55,241 bases of DNA, taken from positions 1 through 55,241 of IMG/VR virus record IMGVR_UViG_3300032282_001003, one strand, 5' to 3'. The DNA comes from a virus. Taxonomy: Duplodnaviria; Caudoviricetes. Below, piece after piece: positions 8,844 through 17,229 of this stretch (its first letter is position 1; each line of letters begins with the position of its first letter). A program made the position numbers and the translations under genes. The notes beneath the pieces were generated by a model. That model was not told the DNA's origin, ran no database searches, and worked only from the letters and a program-made list of their open reading frames with translations.

Positions 8844-8951
8844 TTAGCTCCGAGTCCAAGTGAGGATGGATAAAGCCCGGTTGTTGCGGCAGGCCTCGCG
8901 GTAGGCGTGGAACATGATGGTGCGAAGGAAAGATACGTAGCGTTTGGACAT
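8844..8951 (-). CDS. small hypothetical protein, 35 aa (MSKRYVSFLRTIMFHAYREAC...)
   Basis: GGAGC...ATCATG start context shared with neighbouring early genes. Confidence 0.45.
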   Translation of the reverse strand: MSKRYVSFLRTIMFHAYREACRNNRALSILTWTRS

Positions 8952-9026
8952 GATGGAAGCTCCGGTTAAAAAGTGACTGCTTAGTCACGAAATGCACGAT
9001 GTGTGCGAAAACTAACTTACTGGACA

Positions 9027-9066
9027 CAAACAAAAACAGCGGCGGGGCATCGCGCCCGCACCGCCG
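9027..9066 (-). terminator. intrinsic terminator-like hairpin
   Basis: minus strand CGGCGG...CCGCCG GC-rich stem followed by TGTTTTTGTTT. Confidence 0.5.
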
Positions 9067-9079
9067 GAGAAAAACACAA

Positions 9080-9095
9080 GTGGTCAATTGACCAC
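9080..9095. repeat. palindrome copy 5, GTGGTCAATTGACCAC
   Basis: perfect; 2 nt after the stop of 9098..9481. Confidence 0.95.
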
Positions 9096-9097
9096 AA

Positions 9098-9481
9098 TTA
9101 GATGGAAGCCAAGAAGCGACGCTTCTCAGCAGCAGTCAGCTTTGCGTAGCTTGACAGCAACTTGTTGACGGCATCGACTTTGTTGTTGCTACCACGCGAG
9201 TCAGACTTCGCAGGGAAGTAGTAGCGCATCGCATTGCGTGCATCGCCCTTGCGCTCGCCGTCGAAAGCAATTGTCGCCTCGCCGTTGTACGTTGAGCGCC
9301 GCGCCTCGCAGCCATAGCTTGCAGCAATGACTTGTGCAGTCTGCATCCGATACGCAAACTGCGCCTCTGCGCCTGACTTGTTGTAGACAGCCTTGAATGC
9401 AAGCAACGACTCGCCAACCCTGCGGTTGGCTGCGAGTGCAAGACGTAGGTCACGGATGAAGGTATTGAACTGAGTGTTCAT
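9098..9481 (-). CDS. first gene of the leftward arm, basic hypothetical protein, 127 aa (MNTQFNTFIRDL...)
   Basis: start reassigned to ATG 9481 with GGAG RBS. Confidence 0.75.
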   Translation of the reverse strand: MNTQFNTFIRDLRLALAANRRVGESLLAFKAVYNKSGAEAQFAYRMQTAQVIAASYGCEARRSTYNGEATIAFDGERKGDARNAMRYYFPAKSDSRGSNNKVDAVNKLLSSYAKLTAAEKRRFLASI

Positions 9482-9499
9482 GATGAGTGCTCCAAGTAA

Positions 9500-9515
9500 G
9501 TGGTCAATTGACCAC
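9500..9515. repeat. palindrome copy 6, GTGGTCAATTGACCAC
   Basis: perfect; 18 nt upstream of ATG 9481. Confidence 0.95.
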
Positions 9516-9520
9516 AAAGT

Positions 9521-9541
9521 AAAAACCCCGCAACGGCGGGG
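9521..9541 (-). terminator. terminator/attenuator-like hairpin in the leftward leader
   Basis: minus strand CCCCGC-CGTT-GCGGGG-TTTTT. Confidence 0.55.
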
Positions 9542-9577
9542 CAACGAACGGCAGGGAATTCCCCAACCGATGCATCT

Positions 9578-9586
9578 AGTATACCA
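9578..9586 (-). promoter_or_regulatory. extended -10 promoter for the leftward arm
   Basis: minus strand TG-G-TATACT. Confidence 0.5.
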
Positions 9587-9852
9587 CAATGGGTTGCCAA
9601 ATCCCCTTGACAGGGCATATCCTGCCTAGCGTGACCCCACCATACCCCCACCCCCCTTTTCGGGCCGTCACCATGCCCACTCCGCATGAACACTGTTTTG
9701 CAGGCGCAAACCCAAATTCCAAAATCCCCGAAACACCCCCCATAGGTAAAAACCCTAATACCCCAAAAAAATTTTAAAAAAAACCCCCGGATATGAGGCC
9801 GAGGGTTTAAGGAGGGGGGTTACCCACTCAAGGAGAAGCAAATGCGCACTAG

Positions 9853-9882
9853 TTGCACATCTACCGAAAACGAGTATATACT
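9853..9882 (+). promoter_or_regulatory. sigma70-like promoter of the late arm
   Basis: TTGCAC-N18-TATACT, about 30 nt upstream of the putative terS start. Confidence 0.55.
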
Positions 9883-9911
9883 GCGCCCATCGAAGCTGCA
9901 AGGGCTTGCGC

Positions 9912-10514
9912 ATGTTAGAACATTTGGTGCATTTTGAGCCTGAGGTCACCACTCGGGACGGGTTTGTTAAATTGGACGCAGCCGCGCCCGATGAAGTCCT
10001 GTCGGCTCAAGTTTCCACCGCGAACCTTTTGGCAGAGCTTGGCGTCGAGGACGATGACGAGCTAGTAAAGGAGCAGCAGACCGCTGCCGCACGCAAAGCT
10101 TTCGGTTTCCTTACAACCAACGCCGACACCACCGAGCAAAAGACTGCTCTGGCCCAACTAAAAACCCCAGCCGCCGTGCGGCACATAACCGGCATGCTTG
10201 CTGCTTATGACTGGGAGTTTATTCAGCAGGCGCAGGAGATCAGGGGCTACACAGTGGCCAAGCTAGTCGAGGAAACCCAGAACCCCAACGCCAGTATCCG
10301 GCTCAAAGCGCTCGTTGCGCTGGGCAAAGTCACTGAAATTGGGCTGTTCACTGAGAAAATTGAGGTCAAGAAGCCCGATATGACGGACGGAGAGCTTGAC
10401 CAGCGGATCAAAGACAAGTTGGCCAAGTTCATGGGGGTGGTTGACGCCCTTGAAGTGACAGACGTAGACCTGCCAGCCGAGAAACCCGCAGAAACTCCGC
10501 CCGATGCAGCTTGA
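9912..10514 (+). CDS. terS: putative terminase small subunit
   Basis: directly upstream of and overlapping terL; C-terminal RLKALVALGK...GLFTEKIEV pattern typical of TerS. Confidence 0.65.
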   Translation: MLEHLVHFEPEVTTRDGFVKLDAAAPDEVLSAQVSTANLLAELGVEDDDELVKEQQTAAARKAFGFLTTNADTTEQKTALAQLKTPAAVRHITGMLAAYDWEFIQQAQEIRGYTVAKLVEETQNPNASIRLKALVALGKVTEIGLFTEKIEVKKPDMTDGELDQRIKDKLAKFMGVVDALEVTDVDLPAEKPAETPPDAA

Positions 10515-12045
10515 AAACATCACGACGCTGACAAAAGCCGAGATCGCTGCCCTCATGCGGGCGCTTCCGACCATGACGTTGGCCGAGAAGATGGAGTTGT
10601 TCGAGGATTTGGAGGTGCGCGAGCGTCGAGCCAGACTACTTGCAGCCCAGAACAACATGATTGGGTTCGCCACCTCGGTGTATCCGGGGTTCAAGATTGG
10701 GCCGCACCACAAAAAGCTGGCCAAGATATTCACCGACGTGATCGAGGGGCGCAAACTGCGCGTGATTATCAACATCGCGCCGCGTATGGGTAAGTCCGAG
10801 TTCTCGTCCTACCTGTTCCCCGCCTACTTCCTTGGTAAGTTCCCTGAGAAGAAGATCATCATGGGCACCCACACCGCTGGTCTGTCTGAGGACTTCGGTC
10901 GCCGGGTACGAAACTTGCTTGATAACGAGGACTATCGTGAGATTTTTCCAAAGACTTTGGTCGCAGACGATCAGAAAGCGGCAGGTAAATGGAGCACCTC
11001 CGTAGGAGGCCAGTACTACGCCGCAGGCGTAGGGGGTGCTCTTGCCGGTCGTGGCGCGGACTTGTTCGTAATCGACGACCCTCACTCTGAGCAAGACGTA
11101 AAGGCCAACAGCCGTCTGGCTTTTGACACTGCGTGGTCGTGGTTCCAGACAGGCCCGTTGCAGCGCTTGATGCCGGGCGGGGCGATCATTATTGTGATGA
11201 CGCGCTGGGGCAAGCTTGACCTGACCGGGCGGCTGATCGACTACCAAAGCCGCAACCCGGACTCCCTACCGTGGGAGATTGTGGAGCTACCGGCCATCCT
11301 CAACGAGGACACCGAGGACGAGAAATCCCTTTGGCCAGAGCAGTGGCCGCTGGCCACACTGAAGACAACCAAGGCCTCCATCGACCCCCAGTACTGGAAC
11401 GCCCAGTACATGCAGCAGCCCACATCCAACGCGGCGGCAATCATCAGCCGAAAGCTCTGGCGGATATGGGAGCCAGAGGAGCCGCCCAAGTGCGAGTACA
11501 TCATCCAGTCATGGGACACGGCGTTTGAAGCCAAGAGCAGGGCCGACTACTCGGCCTGCACCACATGGGGCGTGTTCTACAACGAGGAGGAGCGCGATCA
11601 GGCGCAGGTCATCCTGCTCGACGCGTTCAAAGACCGGATGGAGTTCCCAGAACTCAAGGCGATCGCCTTCAAACACTACAAGGAGTGGGAGCCCGACGCG
11701 TTCATTGTGGAGAAGAAAGCGGCAGGTGCGCCGTTGATCCAAGAACTGCGAAACATGGGTATCCCGGTGCAGGAGTTCAGCCCCAGCCGGGGCAACGACA
11801 AGATCGTGCGGGTCAACTCCATTGCCGATCTGTTCGCTTCGGGTAGAGTGTGGGCACCTGACACGCGCTGGGCGCGGGAAGTTATTGAGGAGGTTGCGGC
11901 CTTCCCCAACGGTGATAATGACGACTACGTGGACACGACGAGCCAAGCGCTGATGCGGTTTCGCCAAGGCGGGTTTATCACACTGGACACGGATGAGAAA
12001 GACGAACCCAAATTTTTCCGTCGCAGAGCGGCGGCATATTACTAA
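10504..12045 (+). CDS. terL: terminase large subunit
   Basis: APRMGKS Walker A, VIDDPH Walker B, MTRW coupling motif, YMQQP, nuclease motifs SWDTA, VEKKA and DDYVD. Confidence 0.96.
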   Translation: MQLENITTLTKAEIAALMRALPTMTLAEKMELFEDLEVRERRARLLAAQNNMIGFATSVYPGFKIGPHHKKLAKIFTDVIEGRKLRVIINIAPRMGKSEFSSYLFPAYFLGKFPEKKIIMGTHTAGLSEDFGRRVRNLLDNEDYREIFPKTLVADDQKAAGKWSTSVGGQYYAAGVGGALAGRGADLFVIDDPHSEQDVKANSRLAFDTAWSWFQTGPLQRLMPGGAIIIVMTRWGKLDLTGRLIDYQSRNPDSLPWEIVELPAILNEDTEDEKSLWPEQWPLATLKTTKASIDPQYWNAQYMQQPTSNAAAIISRKLWRIWEPEEPPKCEYIIQSWDTAFEAKSRADYSACTTWGVFYNEEERDQAQVILLDAFKDRMEFPELKAIAFKHYKEWEPDAFIVEKKAAGAPLIQELRNMGIPVQEFSPSRGNDKIVRVNSIADLFASGRVWAPDTRWAREVIEEVAAFPNGDNDDYVDTTSQALMRFRQGGFITLDTDEKDEPKFFRRRAAAYY

Positions 12046-12054
12046 GGACAGATC

Positions 12055-14577
12055 ATGGCCACCAATGTAGACAAAGCCCTGTACCAGCAACCCGCTGGGA
12101 TTGATGCGCTTGCAGAAGACGAGTCACCGCTGGAGATCGAGATTGTTGACCCGGAAGAAGTCAACATCGGCATGGACGGCTTGGAGATCAGTCTGATCCC
12201 AAACAAGAAAGAGCCCTCCGGCGAGGACTTCGACGCCAACTTGGCCGAGTACATGGACGATGGCGACATACAGAGCATGGCCGGGGACTTGGACGCGGAC
12301 ATCGACAACGACAAGCAGTCCCGCAAGGAGTGGGAGAAAGCCTACGTTGACGGGCTCAAGTTGCTGGGCCTACAGATTGAGGAGCGCACGGAGCCGTGGC
12401 AAGGTGCCTGCGGTGTGTTCCACCCGATGATTACCGAGGCCGTGGTACGGTTCCAAAGTGAAACGATTACTGAAACGTTCCCAGCCGCCGGGCCGGTCAA
12501 GACCAAGATCATTGGGCTGGATACCCCAGAGGTGAAAGAAGCCGCTACGCGAGTTCAGGATGACATGAACTTCGAGTTGACCGAGCACATGGTGGAGTTC
12601 CGGCCTGAGCATGAGCGCATGCTGTGGAGCCTCCCGGCCACCGGTTCGGCGTTCAAAAAGGTGTACTACGACCCGAGCCTTGGCCGTCAGGTGTCCATGT
12701 TCATCCCGGCAGAAGACATCATCCTGCCCTACGGCACCACCGACTTGGACACTTGCCACCGCATCACGCACGTCATGCGCAAGACCAAGAACGAGATCAT
12801 CAAGCTCCAGCAAGCTGGGTTCTACCGCGACATCGAGTTGCCTGACGCGCCCAAGGATCGCACGGACATCCAGAAAGCCAAGGACAAAGAGACCGGGTTC
12901 AACGACCTGAACGACGATCGGTACACCCTGTACGAGTGCCATGTGGACTTGGACTTGGAGGGCTACGAGGACGAAGACGACGAGGGCGAGAAGACTGGGA
13001 TCATGCTGCCCTATGTGGTGACCCTGATAAAAGGTACCAACGACGTGCTGTCCATCCGCCGTAACTGGCTGGAGGACGACGACCTGCGTCTGAAGCGCCA
13101 GCACTTTGTGCACTACCAGTACATCCCCGGCTTCGGTGCGTATGGCTTTGGTCTGTTCCACCTGATTGGTGGGTATGCCAAGTCGGCCACCTCCCTGATG
13201 CGCCAGCTTGTTGACGCCGGTACGCTGTCTAACCTGCCCGGTGGTCTGAAGTCCCGTGGTCTGCGCATCAAGGGTGACGACACTCCGATCGCTCCGGGCG
13301 AGTGGCGCGATGCCGACGTGGCCAGCGGTAACATCCGCGACAGTATTCTGCCGCTGCCGTACAAGGAGCCAAGCCAAGTTCTGATGGGCTTGCTTGGCCA
13401 GATCGTTGAAGAGGGCCGCAGGTTTGCGTCCACGGCGGACATGCAGGTCTCGGACATGTCGGCCAACGCGCCGGTGGGTACCACCCTTGCGCTGCTGGAG
13501 CGCCAGCTAAAAGTGATGTCGGCTGTTCAGGCCCGCGTCCACTACGCGCTCAAGCAAGAGCTAAAGCTGCTCAAGAAAATCATCCGCGACTACACCGACC
13601 CGGACTACACCTACAACCCCGAGTACGGCAGCAAGAAAGCCAAGCGTGGCGACTACGACTTGGTGGACATCATCCCCGTCTCCGATCCCAACGCAGCGAC
13701 CCTGAGCCAGCGCGTGATCCAGTACCAAGCGGTCATTCAGATGGCCCAGATGGCACCGGACATTTACGATCTGCCGCAGTTGCACCGTGGGATGTTGGAC
13801 GTTCTGGGCATCAAGAATGCCGAGAAGCTGGTGCCGATCGAGGAGGACATGAAGCCGACCGACCCCGTGTCGGAGAACCAAGCAGCGCTCAACGGCAAGC
13901 CCATGAAAGCGTTCATGTACCAGAACCACGACGCGCACATCCAAGTCCACATGATGCTGCTGCAAGACCCGATGATGCAGCAGTTGATTGGCCAGAACCC
14001 GCAGGCTCCCAAGATCATGGGGGCTATCACGGCGCACATTGCCGAGCACGCCGGGTACAAAATGCGCCAGCAAATCGAGCAGCAGTTGGGTATGCCCATG
14101 CCTCCCGAAGACGAGAAGCTCCCGCCGCAGATCGAGGTGGCGCTCTCTGGCATGCTGGCCCAAGCGGCGCAGCAAGTCATGCAGCAGAACCAAGCTCAGG
14201 CCGCGCAGGCACAAGCCCAGCAGCAGGCACAAGACCCGGTGATCCAGATGCAGCAGCAAGAGTTGCAGATCAAGGCTGGCGCGAACCAGATCAAGCAGGA
14301 AGACCTCAAGCTCAAGGCTATGAAGATGTCCATTGATGCGGCCAATCAGGCAGACAAGCTTAAGTTGGAGGAGAAGAAAATCTCTGGCAACTTGCAGTTG
14401 GAAGCCATGAAGGTCGGAGCCCAGACCAAAAACAACGAGGCCCAGTTGGCCGCGCAGCAACAACGAGAAGGTGTTCGCATGGGCATCGACGTTGCAAAAA
14501 GCAGAGACCAGATCAACAACCAACGGCAGCAGTACATGGCACAGCTTGCCCAGCAAAAGGAGAAACCGACTAAATGA
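12055..14577 (+). CDS. portal protein (podovirus-type, long Gln-rich C-terminal helical barrel)
   Basis: follows terL; 840 aa; GSAFKKVYYD, YIPGFGAYGFG and APVGTTLAL motifs; Q-rich coiled-coil tail. Confidence 0.9.
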   Translation: MATNVDKALYQQPAGIDALAEDESPLEIEIVDPEEVNIGMDGLEISLIPNKKEPSGEDFDANLAEYMDDGDIQSMAGDLDADIDNDKQSRKEWEKAYVDGLKLLGLQIEERTEPWQGACGVFHPMITEAVVRFQSETITETFPAAGPVKTKIIGLDTPEVKEAATRVQDDMNFELTEHMVEFRPEHERMLWSLPATGSAFKKVYYDPSLGRQVSMFIPAEDIILPYGTTDLDTCHRITHVMRKTKNEIIKLQQAGFYRDIELPDAPKDRTDIQKAKDKETGFNDLNDDRYTLYECHVDLDLEGYEDEDDEGEKTGIMLPYVVTLIKGTNDVLSIRRNWLEDDDLRLKRQHFVHYQYIPGFGAYGFGLFHLIGGYAKSATSLMRQLVDAGTLSNLPGGLKSRGLRIKGDDTPIAPGEWRDADVASGNIRDSILPLPYKEPSQVLMGLLGQIVEEGRRFASTADMQVSDMSANAPVGTTLALLERQLKVMSAVQARVHYALKQELKLLKKIIRDYTDPDYTYNPEYGSKKAKRGDYDLVDIIPVSDPNAATLSQRVIQYQAVIQMAQMAPDIYDLPQLHRGMLDVLGIKNAEKLVPIEEDMKPTDPVSENQAALNGKPMKAFMYQNHDAHIQVHMMLLQDPMMQQLIGQNPQAPKIMGAITAHIAEHAGYKMRQQIEQQLGMPMPPEDEKLPPQIEVALSGMLAQAAQQVMQQNQAQAAQAQAQQQAQDPVIQMQQQELQIKAGANQIKQEDLKLKAMKMSIDAANQADKLKLEEKKISGNLQLEAMKVGAQTKNNEAQLAAQQQREGVRMGIDVAKSRDQINNQRQQYMAQLAQQKEKPTK

Positions 14578-14768
14578 TCCAAGACTTCGCACGCGTATTG
14601 CGCGAAAAAATACGCACCGACATGAACAACTACGCCGACGACTTGGCTGGTGGCATGTGTCGCAACTTTGAAGATTACCAAAAACTCTGCGGGACTATCT
14701 CAGGTCTAGCGCTTGCGGAGCGTCACCTACTTGACCTGCTTGAGAAAGTCGAAAAATCAGATGAGTGA
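14574..14768 (+). CDS. small conserved head-module protein
   Basis: ATGA-coupled to portal; FEDYQKLCGTISGL motif. Confidence 0.8.
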   Translation: MIQDFARVLREKIRTDMNNYADDLAGGMCRNFEDYQKLCGTISGLALAERHLLDLLEKVEKSDE

Positions 14769-15195
14769 AATCCTTCTGCCACCGGGCATTGTTTTGCCTC
14801 AGCACATCCAACCAGCGGAGACGCCGGACGAGGATGCCAGTGAAGAAACCAAAGCCGCCGCGCTACCTACCCCCACGGGCTGGAAGCTATTGTGCGTAGT
14901 ACCTGAAGTCGAGCAAAAGATTGCCGGTACGACCCTTGATCTCGTGAGAGATACAGCAAGTATGCGCCAAGAAGAACACGCCACCACGGTGTTGTTTGTA
15001 TTGCGTGTAGGCCCCGATGCGTACAAAGACACTGCCAAGTTCCCCACAGGAGCATGGTGCAAGGAAGGTGACTTTGTGCTGGTGCGTACGTACTCTGGTA
15101 CGCGCTTTAAGATTTTTGGGAAAGAGTTCCGTCTCATCAACGACGACCAAGTTGATGCTGTTGTGCAAGACCCTCGTGGGCTGACCCGCGTTTGA
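14761..15195 (+). CDS. groES: phage co-chaperonin, GroES/Cpn10-like
   Basis: PTGWKLL...VLRVGP...KEGDFVL...YSGTRFKI.GKEFRLINDDQVDAVV aligns with the GroES pattern. Confidence 0.85.
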   Translation: MSEILLPPGIVLPQHIQPAETPDEDASEETKAAALPTPTGWKLLCVVPEVEQKIAGTTLDLVRDTASMRQEEHATTVLFVLRVGPDAYKDTAKFPTGAWCKEGDFVLVRTYSGTRFKIFGKEFRLINDDQVDAVVQDPRGLTRV

Positions 15196-15205
15196 AGGAG
15201 TAAAT

Positions 15206-16159
15206 ATGGCTGACGAATTTAAGTTCCCAGACGAACTGGAAGACGAAAAGAAAATCGACATTGAAATTGAAGGCGAAGGCGATGTCGAAATTGAAATCGA
15301 AGACGACACACCTGAACGTGACCGGGGCCGCAAACCCTTGGATCGGGAAGTTGCTGATCCGACCGACGAAGAAATTGAGTCTTACTCCGACAAGGTAAAG
15401 AACCGCATCAAGGAGCTTACCCATGCGCGCCACGACGAGCGCCGCAACAAGGAAGCCGTCCTGCGTGAAAAGCAGGAACTTGAGCGTTTTGCACAGCAGT
15501 TGATCGCAGAGAACAAGAGTCTCAAGAGCAACGTACACAAGGGGCAGGAGGCTGTCATTGCCGGTGCGCAGCAACGCGCTGACACCGAGCTTGAAATAGC
15601 CCGCCGCGAACTCAAGGCAGCACAGGAAGCGTTCGACACGGACGCCATCCTCAAGGCCCAAGAAGCGGTAATGGACGCCAAAATCCGGGTGGAACAGATT
15701 AAAAATTTCCGCCCAGCCCCTTTACAACAGGAAGAATTTGAGGTACAAACGCCACAAATCCAATCAAAAGCGCCCCCACCGGACGAAAAATCCCTGCGCT
15801 GGCAGGCAAAAAACCAGTGGTTTGGGGTGGACGGTTTTGAGGAATACACCAGCTACGCACTAGGGCTGCACAAAAAGCTAGTTCAAAACGGGGTTGATCC
15901 CCGCACTGATGAGTACTACGAGAAATTAGATTCTCGCCTTAAGTCAACGTTCCCTGAATTGTTCGGTGGGACTAAAGACAAGCCTACGTCCGGTGAGGTT
16001 TCCAAACGACCTACTACCGTGGTTGCTTCTGCCGCTCGTTCAACGAGTGCAGGAAAGATCAAGCTAACGAACACGCAAGTGGCGTTGGCGAAGAAATTCG
16101 GTTTAACCCCACAGCAATATGCTGTTCAAGTAGCTCGATTGGAGAATCAAAATGGCTGA
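15206..16159 (+). CDS. putative capsid scaffolding protein
   Basis: acidic N-terminus, long coiled coil, C-terminal LTxxQVALAKKFGLTPQQYA helix-turn-helix; located upstream of the capsid genes. Confidence 0.7.
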   Translation: MADEFKFPDELEDEKKIDIEIEGEGDVEIEIEDDTPERDRGRKPLDREVADPTDEEIESYSDKVKNRIKELTHARHDERRNKEAVLREKQELERFAQQLIAENKSLKSNVHKGQEAVIAGAQQRADTELEIARRELKAAQEAFDTDAILKAQEAVMDAKIRVEQIKNFRPAPLQQEEFEVQTPQIQSKAPPPDEKSLRWQAKNQWFGVDGFEEYTSYALGLHKKLVQNGVDPRTDEYYEKLDSRLKSTFPELFGGTKDKPTSGEVSKRPTTVVASAARSTSAGKIKLTNTQVALAKKFGLTPQQYAVQVARLENQNG

Positions 16160-16616
16160 AGTGCAAACCCGTACAAATCGTGACCTAGCGACACGCGAAA
16201 AAACTGCTCGATATGTTTACACGCCCTCAAGCGCCCTGCCTGACCCGACACCTGAACCCGGATACACGTATCGCTGGGTAGCGTCCGCCCTACTGGGTGA
16301 CGAAAAGGTGATGATGACCAACGTGTCGCGGAAGTTCCGTGACGGCTGGACTCCGGTTAAAGCAGAGGATCATCCTGAGTTGATGCTGGCTGGAAATGCT
16401 AAGACCGGTAACGTGGAAATTGGTGGACTCATGCTCTGCAAGATGCCAACCGAAAAAGCCCGTGCCCGTGACGAGTACTTTGAAGACCAAGCACGCAACC
16501 AGATGGAGTCGGTGGATAACCATTTCATGCGAAATAATGACCCGAGAATGCCGTTGTTTGCAGACCGCAAGTCTTCTTCAACACGCGGATCGGGATTCGG
16601 TTCTGGTTCAAAGTAA
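16152..16616 (+). CDS. conserved head-module protein
   Basis: YRWV...GWTPV...GGLMLCKMP motif commonly found between scaffold and capsid genes. Confidence 0.75.
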   Translation: MAEVQTRTNRDLATREKTARYVYTPSSALPDPTPEPGYTYRWVASALLGDEKVMMTNVSRKFRDGWTPVKAEDHPELMLAGNAKTGNVEIGGLMLCKMPTEKARARDEYFEDQARNQMESVDNHFMRNNDPRMPLFADRKSSSTRGSGFGSGSK

Positions 16617-16628
16617 TTAGGAGTTTTT

Positions 16629-17213
16629 ATGTCAACTGTGCAAGCCCCTTACGGCCTACGTGCCGTAAATGAGTTGGGTGGTCTGCCGTACGCCGGTAGC
16701 ACCCGTACTTTTCTAATCAACCCCGCTGGTTCAGCGGCCAACATGTACAACGGTACTGTGGTGGCTGTCGATACCTCGGGCTATCTGGTTCCCGTAACCA
16801 ACGTCGGCAGTAACGCTGACCCCTTCCCCGCTGGCGTTGTCGGCGTGTTTGTGGGTTGCTCGTACGTCAACGCTCAAGGCCAACAAATCTACGCTCAGTA
16901 CTACCCCACCGGTACCACTGGCGTTGTGACGGCTTATGTTGTGGATGACGACCGCGCCGTGTTCCAAGTGCAGGCCAACGGCTCTCTGGGCCAGACCGCT
17001 CTGGGCGCGAACGTGGTGTTTGCTGCTGCGCAAACCGGCTCGACCTCGACTGGCAATTCGACCACTGCTGTGAGCACCACGCTTGCTGCAACGGCCACGA
17101 TCGCCTTCAAGGTTGTTGGTTTTGCTTCTGGCCCCGGCGACGCGTATACCGATCTGCTGGTTAAGTTCAACGTGGGTTCACATGCCTACAATACCGGCCT
17201 TGGCGTCGCGTAA
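16629..17213 (+). CDS. capsid decoration/cement protein
   Basis: APYGLRAV, GVFVGCSY and AYVVDD beta-rich protein immediately before the MCP. Confidence 0.65.
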   Translation: MSTVQAPYGLRAVNELGGLPYAGSTRTFLINPAGSAANMYNGTVVAVDTSGYLVPVTNVGSNADPFPAGVVGVFVGCSYVNAQGQQIYAQYYPTGTTGVVTAYVVDDDRAVFQVQANGSLGQTALGANVVFAAAQTGSTSTGNSTTAVSTTLAATATIAFKVVGFASGPGDAYTDLLVKFNVGSHAYNTGLGVA

Positions 17214-17229
17214 TAAGGAGTAATTCAAA

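Noticed and set aside
5693-9515. CRISPR array reading of the repeated palindrome
   Set aside because: Spacing is irregular (about 0.4-1.4 kb), whole genes lie between copies, the unit is only 16 bp, and there are no cas genes.
12370-14592. Long antisense ORFs (335 and 343 aa) opposite the portal
   Set aside because: Shadow frames caused by the codon bias of the real gene; no RBS or protein-like motifs.
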